Shown here: positions 1-12,859 of the stretch, piece by piece
Position numbering within the stretch: position 1 is the first letter of the stretch
Layout: each line of letters opens with the position of its first letter
From: Octopus vulgaris
Lineage: Eukaryota
Length of the DNA: 64,000 bases
Direction: 5' to 3'
Assembly: GCA_951406725.2 (NCBI GenBank)
Contig: OX597826.1
Coordinates: 12,524,001-12,588,000, forward strand
Notes under the pieces: generated by a model
The model's input: only the letters and a program-made list of their open reading frames with translations
The model's database searches: none
Told to the model about the DNA's origin: nothing
Translations under genes and position numbers: made by a program

Positions 1-1114
1 AGCGAAGTCTATAGCCAGAGTTGCAAGACTCACAATAGTTCTCTGTTTAAAAATCAATATTTTTGGTTTGGGATTCATCTAGCAGGAGAATAATACATCA
101 AACGTAAACAAAACCGTAGTATCAAGAGATTTTATGATTGTTACTTGGTAGATGTAAGCTAGGGTGTCGGACATTTCCAACCTCTCGTATAGAACACGAC
201 AGATGACCAACATATGAGCTACCTTTAGCGAATTCGATTGCTAGAACGACACAAACACGTCAATGACAGTTATGTATTAATAAAGACATAATCAATAAAA
301 ACAAGGGGATAATTATCATCATGCGTAATTAAATGCGTAACCGGAAAACATCACTGATTATTTGTAATTAATTACGTGCGTTTCAAACCACAGGCCAAGA
401 TATCTCGTATAGAACATCGTTATACGTGAACTTGAACCTCTCCTCTTTCTCTCTCTCTCTCTCATCCTTTCTCTGTCTATACGAGTGTCGGATAAACACA
501 CACACACACTCGCACGTGTATCAATGCACAGTGTACGTGTTTGTGCATGTATGCATAATTGTAGAGTCGAACATCGTTATAAATATACTGATGGATGTTC
601 GACATTTCTGTAGACAATGTAATTCATTGTATTTGTCACAGTTTGCTTGTAGTATGCGAAAATATGGATTGCTCCATTCCGAAAATTGCCAATAATAGAC
701 CAACCAATATATCGATAGACAAATATAAAAGTGTATCTATGTTCAAAACTGATGACTCTTTCATCGATTTATTACTGCAATCTCGTGGACTTATGAAAAC
801 ACACTCGCATACATGTGCACACACACACACACACATATGTATACGTGTGCACTTAAAGGCAATCGTTAAACTCTAAGATATTATTAAAAACCATTATGGT
901 TATGGCTAATTATGCATATGATATTTGCATTTATTAATGGGTTTGTGTTTATATAAATGTGCACTTGTTTGTGTATGAGCAAGCAATAGGTTTTAATTGT
1001 TGTGTCCTGCCAAACGCATGAATGCCGTAAGGAAATGCAAAACCGTTTCATCATTCGCCATTTTGCTTTATGTTTAACGTCACATGTCATGGTAAATACT
1101 CGTCTATCATTCAT

Positions 1115-1315
1115 CTTTTACTTGCGGCCATGCTGGGACCATGCTTGGACCATGCTGGGAAACCGCGCTGGCGAGTTTAGTCGGAGAAATCGACTTTTTA
1201 ATCTGGTACTTGTTCTATCGTTCTCTTATACCGAACGGCTAAGTACGAGGACATAAACAAACCAACATTAGTTTTCAACCGCTGTGCGGACAACCATAAA
1301 ACATGCACACACGCG

Positions 1316-1354
<39 letters not shown>

Positions 1355-1550
1355 ACACACACATTCTCACACATGCGCACACAAATATGACAGATTACTA
1401 CATAGTTTCTATCCAGAAAATTCATTCACGAGGCATTGGTCGACCCGGGGCTGCATTAAAAGACAATTGCTGAAGGTGCAGTGCAGTGAAACTGAACCCC
1501 AAACCCACATGCTTGCAAAACGTGCTTATCCACCTCATAGCCATACCTGC
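1115..1550 (-). mobile_element. Degenerate SINE family B copy with internal (CA)n
   Basis: Matches the reverse complement of the full copies at 29135 and 33099 (gcggccatgctgg tail, gccgaacggctaag, cccggggct..aagac, head atagccatacctgc). Confidence 0.7.
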
Positions 1551-1611
1551 ACTTCTAAAAATAGAATCCAAATATAAGATCAAATGAATACACCCTAGTA
1601 CTTTCTTATTA

Positions 1612-2037
1612 GGATATTTTCGGTTTGAACGGCAGTTTTTGCTAAAGGTGTCATATGAAATTGCCACCCATAATTATGACTCTAGAATCGATCTAATGCA
1701 TTTCAATGTTTTAGGGTTAGGGTTAGGGTTAGGGTTAGGGTTAGGGAAGGGTATCTTTTTTTCTTCACAAATGTAAATAAACCCAATCTGTTTCTTAAAC
1801 GAGGGATATACTCATACGGCACAGAATGTTTTTTTACCTCAATAGACGTCAGTGATTGGTTGAAATTGCAGAAATTGAAGAAAAACAACAACAAATATCT
1901 TTCAAACTATAGAATATTCTCAATAAAGCCAAGAGATAAATATGTTTTATAAACACATTCTACCAGTATACGAAGTTGAAAAGTATTTAATTACCTAGAA
2001 ATTATGTTAAAAACTGCCGTTCAAACCGAAAAGATTC
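1612..2037 (+). mobile_element. Non-autonomous TIR element (MITE-like) with internal (TTAGGG)6, copy 1
   Basis: 29-bp TIRs GGATATTTTCGGTTTGAACGGCAGTTTTT / AAAAACTGCCGTTCAAACCGAAAAGATTC; TTAGGG x6 at 1711-1746; flanking TATTA at 1607-1611 and 2038-2042; homologous copies at 3809 and 36184. Confidence 0.9.
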
Positions 2038-2208
2038 TATTATGTATTTTAACAATGCCTGATCGATCTTGGTAATATTCGATGAAGGAATGTGTAAATA
2101 TCCGCCTATGTACCGGAAGGCATTTATCTCCATCTTCTAAAATGTATACCACACTGCTATTCTTCCTTTAAAATATAAGTTAAGCTAATATCTATTAAGA
2201 GAAAATAG

Positions 2209-2424
2209 GTCGTCGCACTGGCTGAACCGTTGGCACAGCGAGAAAATGCTTTGCTGCCTTGCATCTATCTTAACGTCTTGAGTTCAAATTCTACCGAAGT
2301 CGATTTTGGCTTTCGTCTTTTTTGGAAGCGTTAAAATAAGTACCAGTTGAATACTCGGGTCGAGGTAGTCGATTTACCCCCTACACCTCAAATTTCTGGC
2401 CTTGTACCAAAATCTGAAGCCAAT
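2209..2424 (+). mobile_element. Old SINE family A copy
   Basis: gagttcaaattctaccgaagtcgattttggctttc...aaataagtaccagttg...gggtcga core, shared with the cleaner copy at 39779-40000. Confidence 0.7.
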
Positions 2425-3808
2425 ATCTAATTCAAAAGCATTTTTAGTGCTGGAATTCTTTAATATAATATGCAATGCTTCGATGTGTGTTTGAAAGGAA
2501 AGGTGTAGGCTAGAAGTCGGCTGGGGAGGAAGCAAATATTTTTATGTGCAAGCAACCAATACATCGGCATAAATATAAAGCAATTAGTGATTTCCTCATA
2601 TAAATACAATCTCGCTTTTTGAGAATTATGGTAAGAATTAAAATGCCCATTTATTTATTGGCTGTGCACATATCAATCAATCGATTGGTTGATAGATAAA
2701 CCAGTTAAATATTCAACTCGTGATCTCTGTACGCTCAGCACGTGCAGAGAATTGGAAAAACAAAAAAAGTTTAACTAGCATTTAGGGAAAAGCCTGTATT
2801 TCTATTTATATCCGTATTTATATCCCGACATAATGGATTTTCATTCAATGTAACTGTTACTCAAGGCTAACCTCTCTGACGGACTTTTAAATGTCGATTA
2901 ATTACATACCAAACTAGTATGGTGACTATTGATCTAAAGTTGTTGTTTTTTTATCAGCTTCATTTAACCGAATACGTCTTTTTGAAAGGCTATTAGAAAG
3001 ATTAAAGAAGGCAATATTTTATAGCGGAACCTCATATCATTCAGAGTTGTACTTTCTAAAGAAATCTTTGAATATCCTTAGAGCTTAACTCCAACCTCCA
3101 AATCCAATAATGTAATATCAGCTAATATTTTTTCTTTTTGTGTGCTTGTGTGTGATATGAGGTTCGCGTTAAATGTTTTTAAGAGAAGATGAAGGCTGCA
3201 ATATATTTATTGTGCTTGATCACTCGACCGGCTTCAAATGACACCCAAATATTCTTCAAATTACAAGTTGCTATTTTAATAATGAAGAAAACGTTGAATA
3301 AAATTGTCCTATATACAGTGTTTCAAGAAGAAAAAAAAGAAAATGCTAGATTACCATCATTGGAATCTTATCTATCATAGATCAACTGGATTATGAGCGA
3401 GCTGGGACTAAACAAAAGCAAAAGATAAACTTATCTAGAAACTGGAGGATGAACAGCGAATTAAACACGGCTCAGCCGATCTTCAGTGCCATAATGGCAC
3501 ACGATTAAGAATATGTTAGAAACCTTGGATGATATCTAATCAACAGACATTTGGAATAACATTTTTGAAAGTGTAGTGTTAGCACTAGATATTCGAAGAT
3601 ATGGTAAACCATAGGAATCCAAGAAAATCAATAAATTAGAAAATTGGTTTTAAAATATTTTCGAAGACAGAGTCATAAATAATAGTAATAAAATATGTTG
3701 GTCCCTGCATTTTTTGTTGTATATCTATATAAAGTAACAATAATCCTCTCTTGCGAATTTGAAATATTCTATAGCTTATAATTTCTATTCTCCCTCCCAA
3801 TAAACATA

Positions 3809-4235
3809 GGATCTTTTCGGTTTGAGGTTTTAACATAATTTCTAGGTAACTAAAAAATTTTAAACTTCGTATACTGGTAAAATGTGTTTATAAAACATCT
3901 TTTTCTCTTGACTTTATTGAGAAAATTATATGGTTTGTAAGATATTTGTTGTTTTTTTTTCTTCAATTTCTGAAATTTCAACCAATCAATGACGTCTATT
4001 GAGGTAAAAAGAAAACATTCCGTGCCATATGAATATGCCCCTCGTTTAAGAAACAGATTGGGTTTATTTACATTTGTGAAGAAAAAAAGATACCCTTCCC
4101 CCACCCCTAACCCTAACCCTAACCCTAACCCCAAAACAGATTGAAATGCAATAGATCGATACTAGGGTCATAATTATGGGTGACAATTTCATATGACACT
4201 GCTAGAAAAAACTGCCTTTCAAACCGAAAAGATCC
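3809..4235 (-). mobile_element. TIR element with internal (CCCTAA)4, copy 2 (inverted relative to copy 1)
   Basis: Reverse complement of 1612-2037; termini GGATCTTTTCGGTTTGA...TCAAACCGAAAAGATCC; CCCTAA x4 at 4105-4128; flanked by a 24-bp duplication at 3785-3808 and 4236-4259. Confidence 0.9.
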
Positions 4236-4650
4236 CTATACTCCCTCCCAATAAGCATATCTAACTGTATTCTACTAAATACTAGGAAATACAGTATATT
4301 TATCAATGATTACTAAATAAATGTTTCTGTGATTTTTGAGGATTTTCCTTTTATCACAATTTATATACATATGAAGTTTGCAGTAAAAAAAAAAAAAGGG
4401 TTGGGTTAAATATTCGCTTTAAATAGTTCAAACACTATTACTTAGTGTTATGGTAAACTAAATGAAATTACTTCTACAATAAACGGCGAGCTTTAATCTG
4501 ATGCACTTTGATTTTCGTACATTCCATGCATCACGTGTCAATTAGTTGTAATGTTGTAATTACAACTGTTTGACTTGTGATATATAAATCAGGTAATGAT
4601 TCAAATTTCACATTACTAAAATATTATACTAATAATTATACTAAACATTA

Positions 4651-4755
4651 AGGCGGCTAAATGCTTCACGGCATTTCGTCCGTCTTAATATTCTGAGTTC
4701 AAATCCTGCCACGGTTGACTTTGTCTTTCGGGGTCGATAAAATAAGTACTAGCTG
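4651..4755 (+). mobile_element. SINE family A fragment
   Basis: aaatgcttcacggcatttcgtccgtc...ttctgagttcaaatcctgcc...ggggtcgataaaataagtac. Confidence 0.65.
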
Positions 4756-5387
4756 AAAAAACATGAATATTTGAAAATACATTCCGAAAAATAAATGAAT
4801 AAATAGCATAAAGTAAAACGATCAAAATGTTTTTCCCTTGAAGTCAGGAATTTTTTTTTTATTCCTTGGACTAATTCAGTTGAACACTGTAAAATATCAA
4901 GACGACATTCATATAGATTTACATATACATGTATGTAAGCATGAGTGTGTGTTGGTATACATATGCATGTATGTATTCCTGATTGTATGTACGGGTTTTG
5001 TTTGAGTTCTGTTCTTGAGAATGTTCAAGCCGTTCGCTAACAAAGCGAGAAAACTTTTTGATTTGATAGCGTTCCTAATGCTTAAGTTGTTGTGTTGTTT
5101 GAACTATCTATGCATACATCCAAGTTTGTGCATTTATTCACATAAGAATCTAAAATAGAGGACTTTTGGCATGTCTTACAAATCTTCACTGTGCCACTAA
5201 CAGATGATAGTCAGTTTCTTTCGCTGTTTCTCAGTGAAACCGAGTTTTTCTAGATTTTTATGCAAATGTATGTATGTCATTATTCAGTTTTCTTTCAAGA
5301 TTTCTTCCCAGTAGAGAAAGAGCTGCCTTCTCACCTAGATCCAATGTTCCTTCATTGGAATTTCAACGTCAACAACAGAGTATTTTT

Positions 5388-5432
5388 GTATGTATGTATG
5401 TATGTATGTATGTATGTATGTATGTATGTATG

Positions 5433-5489
<57 letters not shown>

Positions 5490-5520
5490 GTATGCATGTA
5501 TGTGTGTATGTGTGTATGCA
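5388..5520. repeat. Compound microsatellite (TATG)n-(TA)n
   Basis: Directly visible. Confidence 0.95.
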
Positions 5521-5877
5521 TATTTGCCTCTGCCGAAGAATTTCGCTCAGTATTTACAGCAACGTGGCTGGAAAAGCTCTTAACATACAACTACTATAAA
5601 GATACTAATCAATGATTAGATTGATTAGAAGAGCGGTTTTCAAATGTGTCTTATTCTTTCTTACATAAAATGCCCGAATTTGAATATATCTCTCGCACTA
5701 AATTCATCGACGCAGATAAAACTGGAAAAAGAGAAATATTCAGAAAGAATACATTCAGATAACACAAGAAATCCTCTGGCATATTCATACCCAGTTACAT
5801 TAAAATATCAGTTCCTAACCTCTAGAGTCTGAAATATAAAGTACTATAGCCACAATGGCAATAGAGTCATTCTTAGC

Positions 5878-5884
5878 AATAATG

Positions 5885-5957
<73 letters not shown>
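5878..5957. repeat. (TAA)n microsatellite
   Basis: Directly visible. Confidence 0.95.
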
Positions 5958-5959
<2 letters not shown>

Positions 5960-7242
5960 GAGAAATACTAGGAAAATTATAATAGTGGAAATACTAGATA
6001 TAATACTACGATAGCTTCGATGTGATTTTTTCCTTTCTTTGTTATATTTCTTCTTTGTATTTTTAAGTCGTGAGGAAAGCTTTACAGAAAAATATTGAAT
6101 GTGCTGAAATGCCAAGCACACTCTGTAAATGAATGCTAAAGAGAGAAGGAAAAGCAACAATACAAATCAGCCTCGAGTAGCTAAAGCGCTGAATCAATTC
6201 CTTTCGAAGCCTCAATGCAAAATAACTGTTGTCTCTCATCGTCACCATTTATGTTTTCCTTAAAACACATATTTTTTTAGCAAACCTACACATGACCATA
6301 TTGAATGTAACCATACAGCAAATGTATAAGGTTTTTCTCATTCAATCTCAGTTATTCTAAATCTAAACATTGAGTACAGAATACATAAGCGACATTTTTA
6401 AATCATATAATGTCAAGTTACTATGCACGTATGTATTCGAATGTTCTCAATTGTTTTGAATTCTATCAACATTCACACGTCCAAGCAATGCTCTCTATAT
6501 CTAAATATTATTATTAAGAGAACCATTATATCTGTTATTAGCTCCTATTAGTATCCTCTCAATTACAAAGCATCACTCCACTCTCATTTCCGCTATCACT
6601 CCCGTCTCCATTATCACAGCAATTTTCTTTACCATTAATTTCGTCGTCTGCTCGATCGGCTGCAACGCTATCATTTCTGTCGTCATTACTATCTCTAGTC
6701 TCATCATTACCCAAAAACGCCAGTGTTACCATATTAATTATTCTAGCCAGCAGTATAATCTACTACTGCCATAATTTCTACTCTTACAACTATTGCTATC
6801 ATCCTTCCTCAAAAACTAAGACCGCTGATTTTTTATTACACGATATTGGTTTCAACGTCTATTCGATCAATACAAACATTTTGAAAAATAAATAAATAAA
6901 TAAATAAATAAAACATCGGGCCAAATAAAATTAAAAAGAAGTAGCAACAACTAAGCATAGCAACGGCGCCAACAGCGTTAAGATCTCTTACAACGTCCAA
7001 TGCACTTTTTGTTTATTACAGGAGTTTACGTTTTGTTTCACCGGCACTGAACAGTAATTTTTTTATTACATTTTTTTTGCTGTATCATAAACTTCATCTA
7101 TCTCAGGACTTCACAAAAAAACTTCACGTATTTATTCCGAAAGGACGACTAGTATATTCAGATAAGGTGAGATTTGAACACAGGACGTAAAGAAAAGAAA
7201 ATATAAACGGCATCAAAATTTAGTTGAAACCCTACGAGTTCT

Positions 7243-7667
7243 TATTTCTTATTTCTTTATTGCCCACAAGGGGCTAAACATAGAGAGGCCAAACAAGGAC
7301 AAAAAAAACGATTAAGTCGATTACATCGACCCTAGTGCGTAACTGGTACTTAATTTATCGACACCGAAAGGATGAAAGGCAAAGTCGACCTCGGTGGAAT
7401 TTGAACTCAGCACGCAGCGGCGGACAAAATACCTATTTCTTTATTACCCACAAGGGGCTAAACATAGAGGGGACAAACAAGGATACGCAAAGGTATTAAG
7501 TCGATTACATCGACCCCAGTGCGTAACTGGTACTTAATTTATCGACCCCGAAAGGATAAAAGGCAAAGTCGACCTCGGCGGAATTTGAACTCAGCACGCA
7601 GCGGCGGACGCAATACGGCTAAGCATTCCACCCGGCATGCTAACGTTTCTGCCAGCTCGCCGCCTTA
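7243..7667 (-). mobile_element. Tandem SINE family A dimer (full copy 7433-7666 plus 5'-truncated copy 7243-7432) inside one TSD
   Basis: Two near-identical units; 17-bp TSD gaaaccctacgagttct (7226-7242) / gaaaccctatgatttct (7668-7684). Confidence 0.88.
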
Positions 7668-9182
7668 GAAACCCTATGATTTCTGCTAATCCACTGCTCT
7701 TTCATTATAGCATAATTACATTGTTGTCAGAATGTCAGAATCTAACAATACGCCCCTTTATTGGGAATTAGCACAAGTGCTTATAATTTAGGAATCTGAG
7801 ACGATGACAATATACATGTCTTATTCGTATAATAGAGTAATAATTTCCCAAGCGACATTAACTCAATCACTACAAACTGTGTGAATGAATTTCATGGGAA
7901 AGTGTTTAACTTTATTTCATGCAAATCCTTATGTTTGAATGTGATTAGCATCAGATGTAGTGAGACTTATACCATTCAAGAGACCGACAAATAAGTATGC
8001 GTCATAATTTCACTGAATTAACTATTGAGTCAAGGTGCTGAATATTTTTCATTCTATACATTAAAAAACAACGTTATTCTTATGAATATGTACAATGCAA
8101 AACTTTCTTATATAAGAGGTTATTTAACTTAATCAACCGTAGTATATCAATGATACTAATTTACTCCAAATAAGACTGATCAAACGTAGAGTTAATTTTG
8201 TTGGATTGCTGTATACTTTGTAAGTAGGTTCAAAGGCTGCGCATTTTAGGAGAGGATGGTACGGTAAACTTGATGTTCATGACTTTCCGACAGCATTATG
8301 TCCTAATTGAAATAATGGGATTTCGAACAGTAATAGAGAGTATGCATGCCTATGCCTTTTGAACTCACTGAAATTCCATTTGTTGTGCCATATCACTTAT
8401 CGCCCTTCGATGGGAATATGGAATTGTTAATTGGGTGCAAATCAGTAGCCATGTAGGAGAAGATAATACATTTTGCAAAGGGGTAAGTGGCATAAGTGAT
8501 GTGAAATAACTACAGTTATGCATCTAAAGTTCAGTTTCATATGTACGTAAATTACATTAGAGTTAGAACAAATCGGTTATTAAATATTGCATTGGAATAA
8601 CGGGAAATTGAACGCATACAATTTTCGTTAGTTTCGATTTCCTATTGGGGCTAGTTAACTTCAATTACGTCTCAAATGCCTTTCGCAAAATCATCAAAGA
8701 TCATAACTTCCAATTTTCCCATTTCTCGCAGCCAATAATATTAAGAAGCCATTTGTTAGATATTGCTGATTACATATACTAAAGCAAGCAATCAAATATC
8801 ACACCTGAGTGTAATAGGGAAAATAGCATGTTCATTGACAGATATTACATATTCAAACGCTTCCTTGACAACATTAATATTCACAAACGCTTTTTTATTT
8901 TTATAAAAGATACTGCCACAGTTTATAACCAAATTAAGAATCTTCACAAAGTACATTTTCACATCGCCATTACTACTTTTAAAACCTACTTCGTTTTTGT
9001 TGTCAATATAATGCCTTCAAAAAGATTTCATTCATAAAGTTGAATGTGTAAAACTTGCCGAGTAGAAGGCTGGTTAAAGGTTTTTTGCTTATAGAACTAC
9101 TAGATCAGCCCAAACTGGAACAGCGGGAACAAGAGTACTTCCAAAACAATCGAAATATGTTGCACCGTTACTTTACTTCTGT

Positions 9183-9445
9183 GGAGGCGCGTGGCTTAGT
9201 GGTTAGGGTGTCAGAATCATGATCGTAAGATTGTGGTTTCGATTCCTGGACCGGGCGATGCGTTGTGTTCTTGAGCAGAACACTTCATTTTCACGTTGCT
9301 CCAGTCCACTCAGCTGGCAAAAATGAGTAACGCTGCAATGGACTGGCGTCCCATCCAGCCTGGGAACACATACGCCATGGAAACCGGAAACCGGGCCCAT
9401 GCGCCTGGCTAGGCTTTAAAAAGGGCGCATTTTTAATTTTTTTAT
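9183..9445 (+). mobile_element. tRNA-derived SINE family D
   Basis: Pol III A box (tggcttagtgg) and B box (gtttcgattcc), ttgagcagaacact core, gactggcgtcccatccag...gaaaccgg tail; about 15-bp TSD ttactttacttctgt / ttactttactactat. Confidence 0.85.
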
Positions 9446-11644
9446 TTACTTTACTACTATGAAAGATCACCATGAGTATCCTATTTTCCTATTTACGTAA
9501 TCTTACCTATGCGCTACATCCATATATGTGTGCATGCGTAAGAGGGAATTTTTTTAACCACTATGTGGAAACCCTTATGCTAGAAGAAGATCCGCTATGG
9601 TCTCAACCACTACGAATTGTTCTCCAGAAAATTTAGCACACTAGAAACGTAAGCGAGCAAGACAAATGAAAAGTAACAAAAATATAGATTAATCATGAAC
9701 AATTGTTTCAGTATCAATAAATTACGTAATTTTACTTACACAATTTAACTGTAGATCGTCAGTGTGATCCTCTTTGCAAGATATAATTTGTAGAACTTCA
9801 CGCGAGATATCAACACGAGGTCGAAAATGCATGTAGTTCCACTTATTATATTTGCGGTTATTTTCAAAAGTCTTCGTTTAGGCGCGCCAAATTACCGGAA
9901 ATACCCCTCATTTTGATTTTAATTATATATATATATATATATATACATATACCTACCTACATGCATACATACATACATATATACATACACACACACATAT
10001 AACCGATAAGAAATGGAGCAATAATTAACAATGAGCTGTCGATCATTGGTGTTTTAAAGTCATTGTTTTCAAACACCAATGATCCACTGCTCATTGTTGG
10101 GAAAATATAGGGTGAGCAATTTTGATCAGGTACTCATATTGATAGATAGAGTCAAATGCTTTGTTGATGTGGAAAGTGACAACATTGATTTCACTAAATA
10201 TCTCAAAAGCGAGAACTCTTTGGTTTGGCCACAAGTTGATCTGATTCTACAGAAACCAATCATATGGTTTTTAGGGAATAGCTAATAGATGTTTCCTTTA
10301 CCGTAAAGATATTATAAGGGAATGAATAAGGTGACACGAAAGTGTGTGTGAACGTGTGTGTATGCGTGCAATTGAGTGGGCGTATGTATTTCGAATTTAG
10401 GATGGATAAATAATCAGCACATCGATCATGTCGTATTTCGTGGATGATAGCTCAAGTTTACGCTGCTGTGGCTTTGCTTTTCATCCTTTTATTTTCTCGA
10501 AGTTGATAACATGAACAGCAAATTCCTGGAGTCGATACAATCAACAGGAACTGTTGAAAGTGATGCTTCAACATGACCGTGTTTACTAAATTAAACGAGT
10601 ACAGGAGTAAGAGAGTACTAGTGGTACCTGTAAATACTTCGGGGTAACTTTGAAAACTAGACGATTAGAAAACATGCTAGATAAGAGATGCCTTTCTTTC
10701 TAAACTCTGTTTCTCTGAAACGGTTTTCGTGAGATGATACAAGGCTCATATAAGTAGTCCGGAAGTTACAGTCTTAATAAAAAATAATATTAGAGAATTC
10801 TTTTGAATTATAGAATTTTTACAGGTGGGTAAATGCAGCAAAAGTTATGACACTGGATTGTCGGAATGTTAAAGCATCGTGCAAGGAGAATTGCTGTTTG
10901 TGTTTCGTATGTCGTGATCGGATTTAGAAGTACCTAAGTTTGTGGCCGAGTTTTGCAGTTGATTATATTCATAGCCTTACAGAAAAAATACGAAAGCACT
11001 TGCTGGTTGAGTATACTTAAGCAAACCAAGATACACGCACACACAAGCACACATACATACACACACACTTCACACACATGCACACTTCACGCACATACAC
11101 ACTTCACACACACACACGCTTTTCACACACACATATTTCACATACTCACACACACAAACAAACACACACATATACAAACATGTACAATTCACAAGCATAT
11201 GCATCCACACATACACACATATACACACTTCGTACATACACACGCACACACAAACGCATAGAACCATACACATATGTATAACTTGACTCATGTGAGACAT
11301 AACGGTTTAGTTGACATTGCTTCAAGATATTAAGAGCTGTGTCAGTATATATGTGTGCACGCTTGTGCATAGGGTGTTCTATTTGCTAATGACTTACTAC
11401 AAAGTGTTAAGGGGGACTAAATAACAGGACACAATATCATTTGAAGTAAATTTTCTTGGAGAGGTCCTTGTTTCTCTGGGTTGATATATGACATCACATT
11501 ATCAATTTGCTCTGAACAGAAAAATGGAAACGAAAGCAAAACAGTAACACAAAAATAGAACACGGCTTTGATTGGTCAATAATTCATAAGAAACTAGAAG
11601 AAACAGAGACACGAACTCTGCGAAGTGGCTTAAAAAACTTTTAT

Positions 11645-11786
11645 AGGCATAGACGTGACTGTGTGGTAAGAAACTTCCTCCACAACCGTATGGTTCCGGG
11701 TTCCGTACCACTGCGTGATATTTTGGCCAAGTGTCGACCAAAGCCTTGTGAGTGGATCTTGTCGATGGAAACAGAAGGAAACTCAT

Positions 11787-11820
<34 letters not shown>

Positions 11821-12540
11821 ACACACACATATATATATATACATACACATACACACGTGTGGTAAGTAGCTTGTTGACGAACCACATGGTCCCGGGTTCA
11901 GTCCCACTGCGTGGCACCTAAGGCAAGTGTCTTCTACTATATCCTCGGGCCGACCAAAGCCTTGTTAGTGGATTTGGTAGACAGAAACTGAAAGACGCCT
12001 GTCGTATATATGTGTATATATATATAAATATGTTTGTATGTCTGTGTTTGTCCCCCCAAAAATCGATTGACAACCGATGCTGGTGTGTTTATGTCCCCAT
12101 AACTTAGCGGTTCGGCAAAAGAAACCGATAAATAAGTACTAAGCTTCCAAAGAATAAGTCCTGGGGTCGAATTGCTCGACTAAAGGCGGTGCTCCAGCAT
12201 AGCCACAGTCAAATGACTGAAACAAGTAAAAGTGTAAAATGTAAGTGTATATACATACACATATGCGTGTGTATGTGTGTATGTATGCGCGCGAGTATGT
12301 GTACGTATGTGTTTGTCGTTGGGAATATGTTTGTTCCCCACCACCGCTTGACGATCGCTTTTGATGTGTTTATCCCCCTTGCATCTAGCGGTTCGGCAAA
12401 GCAACCGATAGAATAAGTATCAGGATTAAATAATTAAATAAATAGATAAATACATAAATAAGTCCTGGGGCGATGCATTCGACTGACCATTCAAAGCGGT
12501 GCTCCAGCATGACCTCAGTCTAATGACTGGAATAGCTAAA
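11645..12540 (+). mobile_element. Cluster of SINE family B pieces: 5' half (11645-11790), full copy (11857-12237), 3' half (~12320-12540)
   Basis: Repeated head gtgtggtaag...gggttcagtccc and tail aggcggtgctccagcat...aatgactgaaacaag; pieces are joined through CA/TA microsatellites. Confidence 0.85.
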
Positions 12541-12859
12541 GGTGATAGAAGAGAAAAACGTGTCGTAGGACATTTCGTATATCCTTGTCATATCCTCACA
12601 CCAGGAGCTGGTTTAATGCGACGTATATGACCGGAGAGGTGCTCAACAGTTACTTAATGTCAACTGAGAATATGAGTGCTATAATAATCTACACGATCAT
12701 CAAAATTTGTAAACGTCTACATATATATGTATGCGTGTATAACTATGTTTGTGTGCTTAGATTAAATGTATAAATACTAATGTATATGTAAGAACAAGTG
12801 GGTGTTTGCCATCTCTGCATCTTTCAGTTTATGCGAATATACTTACATGTATGAAATAT

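Noticed and set aside
1711-1746. True telomere or chromosome-fusion site
   Set aside because: Only 4-6 units, internal to a dispersed TIR element found three times.
8294-8488. Possible coding exon ending at a GTAAGT donor (~8482)
   Set aside because: The frame leading to the donor has a stop at 8369, there is no convincing acceptor, and the peptide is unrecognisable.
9183-9255. tRNA genes at SINE heads (also 14771, 31881, 47575)
   Set aside because: A and B boxes are present but continue into SINE bodies with tails and TSDs; these are tRNA-derived heads, not tRNA genes.
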